Source: Octopus vulgaris
Taxonomy: Eukaryota
Direction: 5' to 3'
Assembly: GCA_951406725.2 (NCBI GenBank)
Contig: OX597824.1
Coordinates: forward strand, 30,876,001-30,940,000
DNA: 64,000 nt
Within the stretch, counting starts at the first letter, position 1. Each line of letters opens with the position of its first letter. A program made the position numbers and the translations under genes. A model generated the notes under the pieces. The model was not told the DNA's origin, searched no databases, and saw only the letters and a program-made list of their open reading frames with translations. This document shows positions 53,392-64,000 of the stretch, piece by piece.

Positions 53392-53727
53392 CTACATACA
53401 TATACATATATGTATGTACATATGTATGCATTTCGAATTTGTGTGAATGTGTATAGCATAATACATCAATTGAATAAAATACAGCATGGTCCGGTTTTCA
53501 CGTTTTTTTACCATTGTATTTAAAAGAAATGTTTTTGAACGTATAAAAGCCTAATTGAACTTTACGAACATTACAAAATATTTTTTTAAGGTTTAACATC
53601 GGATAAGAATTTTTTAAAATACAATAATAAAAAAACGTGCAAACCACATGATGTGGTAATTTTGTTCGACAAGGAATGCGAAGTAATTTAATTTGATAAA
53701 GGGATTTGATCCATGAAATTTGTCCTC

Positions 53728-53803
<76 letters not shown>

Positions 53804-53827
53804 AGATAGGTATGTGAATATTTATGT

Positions 53828-53865
<38 letters not shown>

Positions 53866-53968
53866 AATAATAATATAATATATATAATATATATATATAA
53901 TAATATAATATATATATATAATAATAATATAATATATATATAATAATATAATATATATATATATATAT

Positions 53969-54026
<58 letters not shown>

Positions 54027-54181
54027 TATATATCCATTCTATATATATATATCTATGTTGATAGGTATGTGAATATTTATGTGCGCACATATATATATAT
54101 ATATATATATAATAATAATATAATATATATAATATATATATATAATAATATAATATATATATATATATATAATAATATAAT

Positions 54182-54215
<34 letters not shown>

Positions 54216-54357
54216 ATATATATATATATAATAACAAAATAATAAATAAAACATGTGCATATATACATACATATATGTACGTACCTACATCTATATGTAT
54301 ATATACATGCATATATGGTTATATACACACATATATATATATATATATATGTTTCAA

Positions 54358-54562
54358 TATGTGACCGCGTGTGTATCGTTGGCGATTTTCTTTCTCCGTC
54401 TTCCCTTCCTTAGACCTTTCCTTTTTCTATGTTTCTGACGAAGATCTCCACTCGAAACGTTAAATACTCTTTCTTTCTTTCCTTTCCTGAGCGTCCAATA
54501 ACACTATACTTGTTCCACGTCCTCGCGTTGTTGTGTTTTCTCTTTGTTCAGGTTTGGATTAG

Positions 54563-54565
<3 letters not shown>
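54358..54565 (+). mobile_element. Pyrimidine-rich hammerhead repeat, copy 3 (motif 54431-54465)
   Basis: GTTTCTGACGAAGATCTCCACTCGAAACGTTAAAT. Confidence 0.78.
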
Positions 54566-54654
<89 letters not shown>

Positions 54655-54784
54655 TTTGGGTGTGGTGGATGAATTTAGTACGGTATTATCCATACAATTT
54701 CAAAGTAAGGGGATTAAAATCAAAATAAGCAACAAGGATATCCAGAGGTATCTAAGGAGACCTCTGGATATCTTTCTTGCTTAT

Positions 54785-54906
<122 letters not shown>

Positions 54907-55189
54907 ATTTGTGTGTGTGTGTGTTTGTGTGTGTGTGTGAGTGTATGTGTGTGTGCGTGCGTGTGTATGTGTATGTATGTGTATGTGTGCGTGTGTGTGT
55001 GTGTGTAAATATACATAAAGATAGTTATTGATGTGCACTTAAGATGTTCGTTTTGCGAAGGCATGGTCTTGCAATGAATCCCATTGTGTGCTATGTTGAG
55101 CAAATATCTTTTATAATTTCGGGTTGACTATACGTACATACATACATGCAGGCATGCATGCATGTATGCATGCTTATATACATACATAT

Positions 55190-57780
55190 AGGGTGTTTGT
55201 CTACTTCATGTGTAGAGTCTAACCATCTCTTGGACATACACCTAAGATCTATCATGGCGTGTGATGTAGCGATTTAGACCAGGCAATTTTCTGAAAAGAC
55301 GCCCACATAAATTGCTTATCTGCTCTGGACCACCAAGAGCTGTAGATAAATTCTGATATTTCTGGATCTTAAAATGTCTTTTAAAGCGTCCCTTAGATTT
55401 GCAGACATTATAACATACATGCCATTGAGAGGTAAGCACAGATTGATTGGCAAAGTAGTTGGTGGAGGTTCGTTTTTCATGGGTCCACAAATGAGATTTG
55501 AGCCCAGCAAAAGAAAAGTATGATCTTTCATAAATTTTGCACACAAAAAGGTGGTTGGGATGCATTTTCTCGTTTATGGTAGCATTTTTCTTTAAATCTT
55601 TGTTGAGTTTTGTATGGATAATCCTGGTTTCTTCAAAATCTTTTACTCCACTCCATACTTTTGTTCGTCATCCAGTTCGAGCCGAAGCAAGGGTTTCTAT
55701 AAGCTTTTGGATCCATTCCAAGTGACTTCATGTTACTCCTAATACAGTCCTGAAACCTCTTTTTAGGTTTATTGTTGATCGTGTTTCCTTTCTGCAAGTT
55801 CGCCATAAAAAAACTGTTTGGATGTGCGTTCATCCGCCATTCAAAAAATGTGACCAGACCATCTCATTTGATTTTTCAAGATCATTAATTTAAGTGAAGT
55901 GATGACTGCAGATGCAAAGACATCAGTGTCTGGAGTAAAAAAAAGTCCCATTTAATGTTTAAAATGCGGCGAAGTCATTTTTGGTGGATCCGTTCTAACA
56001 ATTTGAGGTATCATTCGTCACAGGTCCATGTTTGAGGGGAATAAAACAGAGATGATAAAACAAACAATTTGTGAAGAACCAATTTTGTGTTATTATTTAT
56101 ATGCTGCTGGCGCCAAACGTGTGACTTCAAACCACCAAATACTGGGCTGCCATTTGAATTCGCAGATGTATTTCTGTGTCCAGATGTCCATAATTGTGTA
56201 TAGACCTTCTGAGGTAGATGAAAAAATCAACAATCTCCAGTAACTCACCCCTAATAAAGATTTTAGGGGAGTTGCAAACAGCACCACGTGCAGGCTGAGT
56301 TAAATGCAGATACAAGAGCTTGCAGGCCTGTCAGTGGCTGTCTAGATCGCAATCGTCTGCGTTTAGGAGTTCCCTAATGAGTGTTTTGAATTTCGGTCCG
56401 GTCAGATTAAAACATTCCCCGTTGTTCGATATTTTATGCAAATACTCTCCTTGGAGTTTTTGAAAAGCGTGTGACAGCACAACAGCAAAGTATGTTGCAA
56501 GAGAATGGGGGCATTAAGGTTTACTTGATTTATTCCATTTTCTACAGCAAAGGATTCAGAAAGCCTACCACCAAAATTAACTCTAGACTTCATATCTTCA
56601 TGCAAATCCTTGATCATGTTTACACATTTTTCTGGGCATCCTATTTTCCTTAGTATTAGCCATTGAGTATTTCGATTAACAGTATCGAATGCCTTGCTTA
56701 AATCAATAAGGCAGTGGTATTGCGCAAGATTCTGTTCAATGCACTTCTCCTGAAATTTTCTGATAGTAAAGATACAATGAACCGTGCCCCTGGAGGATCG
56801 AAAACCACACTGAAACTCAGACACTATATCTTGAGCTATGAAGGAATTTACACGTTCTAACAGAATACGGGTAAGTACCATTCCAACTACAGGCAAAAAC
56901 GAAATCCCATAAATTGCTTAAATTTTGTTTTCCTAAAAGCAGACCATGGAATTCTGGTGATTAGTCTGAAAGCCAATTGCTGGACTTATACGATTTAAAC
57001 CTCCACGAAGAACTTGCAGCCTGAAATTCTTTTGTTTTGAAATATTCCCATAGAATGTTTGGATCAAGAGTGATACTTTCTATAGCATCGTGGAATCATT
57101 GTATTTAGGAAATTCTGCAATGGAAGTAACCAACGAATTTTTGAGAGCAAACTCAGTAGCAGATTCTCTGTACTGAGCATCATATAGGCCTCTTGAGAAG
57201 ATATTATATCCATAAGTAGGTTCATTTATTTGACCTTCACCGGATAGACGAGTTTCTTGTTGAACTTATCGTCTAGAAGTGTGCGCACATGCCCAAAATT
57301 CAGAGGATGTTTATTTTTTCCTCGTCTTCTTGAAGATTGTTTAGCCACAGTCGTAGGATGATGACCGAGCCCAGCCTGTGACACACTGCGACACTTGCCG
57401 AGCCAGACCTATTCCCCTGCCATTCCCAAGACTTTTCTTTTGCCATTTACTGAATCTGTTTGAGACGTTTCAGAGTAAGTTGCAAGTGCATTGTTTTGTT
57501 TCTGCCAATCAATTCAATGATTTTACTAAGATTTGGTGTACAAGAAATACCTATGCAGCAGAATAATTTTTCAGTGGGTGTAGCTTGAACTGCACTACCC
57601 CGCCATCTACTAACTCAAGAAGACTTTCACTGGTGTGACATGAGAATTGATAAAACTGGGAACTTCCACAGCCTCAGGGTTTATTTTGGAGATTTCCTTC
57701 TAGGTAGATTACGAACCAAGGCTAAAGAGCTTGTACTGGCCCATAAGGTAGGCTACAGCATGCTAGACACCAAACCGACA
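55190..57780 (-). mobile_element. Decayed RTE LINE with C-terminal C2H2-like fingers and 5' UTR remnant
   Basis: QCGFRSSRGTVHCIF, IDLSKAFDTVNR, PKKRFQDCIR. CK..F.S.AGLKSHL, CHVC..K..FKRH, CGRLF..LPGL..H. Confidence 0.85.
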
Positions 57781-57952
57781 CTCAAACGCTCAACGGAGTG
57801 ATTAAATATCATTCCCGCGTCCGACACGTAGCAACTCACACACACGCATAAAAAATATAAAATATGAAATTTTAAAAATATAAATAAAATAAGATATATA
57901 TAAACGTATAATTAAAATTATATATATATATATATACATATACATACATACA

Positions 57953-57986
<34 letters not shown>

Positions 57987-58029
57987 CATACATACATACA
58001 TATATATATAAACTTTATTTAACAGGGTA

Positions 58030-58532
58030 GGTGATATGGAAGCGTAGTAATTAGAAATGTCAAACTGATGGAAAAAAGTGCGTGATTTATCGGGTAGAGA
58101 GTGACACTAAGTGATGACGTCACCAGTACAACTCCAAAATGGAAGCTTAAACTTACTGACATATGTCATCGACATATGACATCGTGGCTGCTAAGAAAAC
58201 ACTTCTGCTTCCCTTGCACTTCTCTTTCTTAGTACTGATTCTGAACCTGCCAGTCATACTCATACACGCTCTCTCAATCTTCTAAAGAGAAAAAGAAAAC
58301 CCTGTGCATCGCACTCGTCAGCCTCACCAGCCGCCCTGTGGTTATAATGACCTCAAACCTACCCATGTAGCTCTCCCAGAGACACGTACCCATACATATA
58401 TTAGAACATATATCAATAAAACCTGTTCAATAACCATTTCGAAATCAGCGCCTTTTGTGGACCAAGACGAAATTCAAAGTGACTTGTAATTATATAAAAT
58501 ATACTTAGCCGCGGGCACACAGAGCCTTAACA
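58030..58532 (+). mobile_element. Possible solo LTR
   Basis: ~500-bp unique block with TGACGTCA, AATAAA (~58415) and a TTAACA end. No clean TSD found. Confidence 0.3.
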
Positions 58533-58689
58533 GTGAGTTCCTTTGTTCAAACTATACATATGTTGAGTCATAATACTCAATTTTATGCTCAGACAAAGGT
58601 CATACCACATTTCTCTCTCTTTCTCTTTCACTCTCTTTTCACACTCTCTCTCCTTCTGTGTGTATGTGTGTGTGTCTGTCTGTCTGTCT

Positions 58690-58732
<43 letters not shown>

Positions 58733-58879
58733 TTAGATCATCTCTGCTCTGTTTGATATTATGGAAATCTTGGCAGTGATAATCCGCCAGTTTTCTTGAG
58801 AATATTATGTGGTTATGACATTCACATGGCTGTAGATTCTTTTATTTGTCAGTCAAAATTCTTTTGACGGATTTCATTC

Positions 58880-59835
58880 TATAATATATGTATTACAATA
58901 AAAAATGCGAACGCATGGAGGTTGATATTCTTAAGTTATTAAACCTGGAAAAATACAGGACAAGTTATTACACCTGGAAAAGTACATGACAAGCATATTT
59001 ATATTTAAAATATTGCAGCTATAGTTGAAATTAAAAAAAATATATTTAGATTTAAAAACTAACAATAATAACTTATTAGCTGCTAATTAAAAATTTTAGC
59101 TCAAATAATAAATTTAAGGATAACTGTTAGCAAAACATAAACAAATTTCAATAGCCCCATGAAAAATGTTTTTTTTAATTACAAGTTTTTAAGAACTACT
59201 AAAAGTTCTTTAGTATTCAATTGATATTTCTTTTTTCCTCATCTTTTTGATAAAAGTTGGCACACTATAATTCATTGATAAAGACACCACAAGGCTGGTC
59301 TTCTGGAAATTTCAAAAAGTAAAGTTCAAATGATACGTTTATGGTAGGGTTGAGGCTCAGGGGACGGTACAGTGATATTTTCCGGAAAGGTGGGGTTTTC
59401 TTTTTGATTAAATTTTTTGCTTGGTAGGGTAGTATACCATATAAAAAAATTCTTCTTGACGAGGGGCTACATAGCCCGTACGATATATAAATGTCAAGCG
59501 AGATAAATCCCTCAATATATGCACTCCATACAGATATGGGAGTATTCAAAAACTTGTAATTGAAAAAACATTTTTAATAGGGCTATTGAAATATTTTTTA
59601 CTTTTGCTAACAATTAGCCTTAAATTTATATTTTGAGTTAATTTCTTAATTATAGAGTAGCTAATAAAAGCTACTATTTTAGTTTTTAAATCTAGATATA
59701 TCTTTGAATTTTATCTATAGCTGTAATATTTTAAGCATAAATATGTTTGTCCTGTGCTTTTCCAGATGTAATAACTTGTCCTGTACTTTTCCGGGTTCAA
59801 TAACCTCCATACGTCCACATTTTTCATTGTAATCC
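58880..59835. repeat. Foldback/MITE with ~300-bp diverged inverted arms
   Basis: 58880-59190 is complementary to 59545-59835 (e.g. TTTCAATAGCCCC / GGGCTATTGAAA, ACAGGACAAGTTATTACA / TGTAATAACTTGTCCTGT). Confidence 0.8.
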
Positions 59836-60407
59836 ACTTTTTCCCAGGCAATGCAATTAAACTAATAATTAGTAACAATTAATAATTTATAATTTTACCT
59901 GATAATTTTTTTTATTTTGTTTAATACTGTTGTTAAATAATTTTCAATTACTTTTCATGTTTAGTGATTGAATTAAAATAAGAATAAGCATTAATTTAAA
60001 TTTAAAAAATGAATTATAAGCGCACGTTAGTTACACTGGCTCATGATAAAATTAAAAATTGTAACTAAGATTAGAAAATGTGCGAATGTAGAGAAAAATT
60101 ATTAGAATAAATTAATAAAAATATATGTATGCTAGTAAGATGGTGCGTATTTACAACTTGATGTTGCACTTCAAGCAGTACTAGATTGCCAACATATTCT
60201 TTTCTACTCTAGGCACAAGGCCCAAAATTTTTGGGTAGGGGCCAGTCGATAAGATCGACCCCCGTACGCAACGTTAAAACTTAGTGCGCATGCACATCAG
60301 AAATCATGCTCAATCTGTGCCAAGCGGCTTCATTCTGCCTACTTTAGCTTCATTACTATGGAAACAGTCCGGATACTTATTGATCAGACCATGTATATAG
60401 TTTATAT

Positions 60408-60618
60408 ACTCTTACTCTTTTACTCTTTTACTTGTTTCAGTCATTTGACTGCGGCCATGCTGGAGCACCGCCTTTAGTCGAGCAAATCGACCCCAGGACT
60501 TATTCTGTGTAAGCCCAGTACTTATTCTATCGGTCTCTTTTGCCGAACCGCTAAGTGAGGGGGACGTAAACACACCAGCATCGGTTGTCAAGCAATGCTA
60601 GGGGGACAAACACAGACG

Positions 60619-60656
<38 letters not shown>

Positions 60657-60830
60657 CATATATACGACAGGCTTCTTTCAGTTTCCGTCTACCAAATTCA
60701 CTCACAAGGCATTGGTCGGCCCGGGGCTACAGCAGAAGATACTTACTCAAGATGCCACGCAGTGGGACTGAACCTGGAACCATGTGGTTGGTTAGCAAGC
60801 TACTTACCACACAGCCACTCCTGCGCCTAT
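60408..60830 (-). mobile_element. SINE family B, full length
   Basis: Reverse complement of 52886-53290, with a tandem TAAAAGAG tail. Confidence 0.9.
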
Positions 60831-61454
60831 ATAATACTTTCTTCTATATAGGCGCAAGACCTAGCGCCACTTACTTTATTTTGTCACTTTTTATCTCATA
60901 CCTTTTTTCTACAAAATTTTATTTTATAAATTTAATATTTCTATATTTCTCTTGTTTCGATTTATCATTCGAGCTTAAATAAAATATAGATTGCTTTTAA
61001 ATTAAGAAAGTCGATTGAAGGCGTTACTTAGATTTTTTTCGGCACTTTTCGCTTCACAACCTCTTTATATTAACGGTTCTTTTGATAAAATTGACATTTT
61101 TAGATTCCACTCGTTTCGTTCTATCATTTAAGCTTAAATAAAATATAGTTTGCTCTTAAAATAAGATAGTTACTTTGATTCAAAAATCGAATTTTAGTCT
61201 TACTCTCCTCATTTGAACCTCACATATCTTAGCGTAACCTTCTTTCCACTAAACCAAATTTCAATTTTTTTATGCCCAAATGTTAACAGTCTTAATTCGT
61301 TTGAGAAATGTGTTAGTGACAAAGCTTTGAAAAGGCTGCGACTGAGTAAATGTCGACCTTAAGAATATTATTCAACCACAGTAATGGTTGAATGATGGAC
61401 ATATTTTATGTGTATGCATGTATGTATTCATGAGTATATAGTTGTGTGTATGTG

Positions 61455-62370
61455 TGTATGTGCATGTATATGTATCCGTAGCAGTACATTTCTAGAAATT
61501 CAAGCGCATGCCTTCATTATATAAATATCGGTATTTGTCGGTTTGAATTATTATTTTCCCTTATAGTGAACGAACCCGAATGTAATGCTTAGAGAATATT
61601 ATCCACTTTTAACCAATTCTACATCAGTAGCAGCGTGTTACCAGTATTAATCAACTGTTTATGAGAGAGTAACTATATAATATAATTCACAATCTTTTGC
61701 ATTTTTACGCATTATTTCACTTGTATACAGACATAGCTATGGTACAACTGAAAACAAAAGCCTATTTTTTTCCCAACAGAACATTAAGAAATTATTGGAG
61801 ACTGATAAGTCAAAAAAATAATCCTAGCTTGACGCTAGGGAGGTAAGTCCCTTTTGAATGTTTGCCAATATATTTTCAATATCATTTTTAAAAGATTAAT
61901 CACAATTTTGAGTTGTTATAAATTATATACACATAAACTTCATATCTTGCGATATTTCATTGGTACTCTTACTCTCATAAAGATGCTATTACTAAACATT
62001 TCGTGTGATAATTATGGTGAAACAAATATAGTGCATAAAAGCTAAGAAAACTTATGATCTTTTCCACTAACTGGTTTCTTTTCCCAAATGTGTGTGGTAT
62101 TAGTGCTTTAGCAAGAATTACAAGTGCCTGTTTATTTCAGTTTTTCTCTTTTGCCATTAATTGCTGCAATAATTAAATTTTTCGGTAAATTACATGTTCT
62201 CTCATTTTTATAATCATATCTTCATCAAAATTATTGCCTACGAAATGTTGCTATATAAATATATAATTACTGCAGATATTTACATCATACATTTTAACTG
62301 TATTTACTGATATCGTGAAATACTGAGTTTAAATAACTGAACAAAATTACGTATCAATATTTTATAATTA
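61455..62370 (+). repeat. Diverged segment, copy 3 of 3, with exon-like unit 61780-61842
   Basis: Strong similarity to 52140-52885. TCCCAACAG acceptor and AG|GTAAGT donor are retained. Confidence 0.85.
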
Positions 62371-63324
62371 TTATTAATTAATTAGAGTTTTGTCATTCCA
62401 TGTTGTATGATGACATTAAATTGACAGTGTATTTTATCCATGATTATAATCTCTCTTGTTATGCTTCACTAGAATATCTGAAAACTTGTGATTTACTTAG
62501 GAAATCCTTCTCAACACATCACTAGTTAATTTTTAACAAAATTTTATATGTCACTAAACATCGTATTGCTTAAAAATGATGAATTCTAGAATCAAATCTT
62601 GTCCTCATTAGGCTGTTTAAAATGTCTTTCGCGAAGTTCTCGATATTTTTTTGCCAAAATATAGTTAGAAGTGTATAGCGGTAGTTGTTTTGTTTATGTT
62701 GTGCGTAAACTCCTCGAGTAGAAGAACGACAACTGACCCAGTGAAATTCTATTTTATTGCTAGCTCACTTTTTTGAAGTTATTACGATTATACTGGACCA
62801 GGCCCATAATTCTTTTTGTACACGTAAAGGTAACAATTTGCATGGGGTCGATGTATCGGATCTACCTCCCCTCAAATTTGCTGGTCGTGCTAATAAATCA
62901 GAAACCATTGTAATTTTACGTTATGGGTGGCGAATCAGAAAATCTCATAACTGCACTGGAAAACGCGACTTGCAGAATCCGGAAATTTTACATTCTGTGT
63001 TCAAATCAAGCCGATGTGAACTTTCCCTTTTATTTCTTCAGAGTCCAAAAAATTCCCCTATCAATTGAGCATTGGAGCATTAGGGTTAGGGTTAGGGAGC
63101 AATGGTGCCGATTAACCTCTTTCCCACAAAACCACTGGCGCTTTATTTAAATGAGAAAAATTATTTATCTACATTTTTCGTGTTATTACGAGGTCATACC
63201 TTATTCAAGCTTTAAATTCGTCTGACCTTTAAAAACTTCTTAATCAAATTTTTGTTTCGAGGACCTAAATACTCAACACATTCAAGGGGAATTACATCTA
63301 TGAGTACTATTACTTAAAAATGCG

Positions 63325-63760
63325 ATGGCGGTGAGCTGGCAGAATCGTTAGCGCACTGGACGAAACGCTTAGCAGTATTTCTTCCGACGCTACGTTTTGA
63401 GTTCAAATTTCGACTTTGCTTTTCACCCTTTCAGGGTCGATAAAATTAGTACCATTCGAACACTAGGGTCGCTGTAATCGACTCATCCCTTCCTTCCCCA
63501 AGCTGCCCTTTTAGAAAAAATTGGAATTAATTATTTCTTAAAACAATGAAGGTGGCGAGCTGGCAGAATTGTTAGCACACCGAGCGAAATGTTTAGCGCT
63601 ATTTCTTAACGTTCTGGGCTCAAATTCCGCCGTGGTCGACTTTGCCATTCATCCTTTCGGGGTTGATTAAATAAGTACCAGTTGAGTACTGGGATCGATG
63701 TAATTGACAATCCCCCTCCCCCAAATTTAAGGCCTTGTGCCTAATGTAGAAAGGATTATT
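63325..63760 (+). mobile_element. Two tandem SINE family A copies
   Basis: GGCG(GT)GAGCTGGCAGAAT.GTTAGC at ~63327 and ~63551. TATT(A/T)CTTAA occurs before, between and after the copies. Confidence 0.88.
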
Positions 63761-64000
63761 ACTTAAGATAGTTTGGTTTGGCACCATGCAAATTAGTTTT
63801 GTGGGCTCCTAACAAGAACCTAGCTCCTTGTACTCAGGCGGTCGAATAGAGAGATGTTAGAAAGTCCAAGATAGCTACTGAAATCTAGGCTGCTATTGCT
63901 CAATGGAGGTCACATGGTGTTGGAAATAGCATTGTAATTTCAGCAACATCAAATCTATCAGAATAGAGATCCGAATCTAGAATTTTTTGAACACGTGGTG

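Noticed and set aside
63080-63097. (TTAGGG)3 telomere-like repeat
   Set aside because: Only three units and internal; no other telomeric signature.

Overview
AT-rich, microsatellite-saturated animal DNA. The SINE and repeat families look like Octopus/cephalopod (from recall, not a search). Nearly all of the window is mobile DNA: a decayed Helitron (RepHel, minus strand, ~1-8.6 kb); four Dong/R4-type RLE retrotransposon copies, all inserted in (TAA)n and one nearly intact; two copies of one mariner family; CR1-like, RTE and Penelope (GIY-YIG) fragments; tRNA-derived SINEs; and MITE-like inverted repeats. Three signals are not explained by the ORF track. (i) At least four short non-coding repeat families carry minimal type-I hammerhead ribozyme motifs. 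One has a tRNA-like head, an internal (TAA)n tract and a hammerhead, occurs as head-to-head pairs, and hosts the Dong insertions. (ii) A CpG-rich promoter-like island has a TOP-like start and a canonical intron at ~42.5-42.9 kb. (iii) A candidate host gene has a signal-peptide exon (46064-46189) and a 66-nt micro-exon lying in a ~0.8 kb segment present three times. Most short ORFs in the track are microsatellite artefacts. All alignments and folds were done by eye, and element boundaries are approximate unless termini are quoted.
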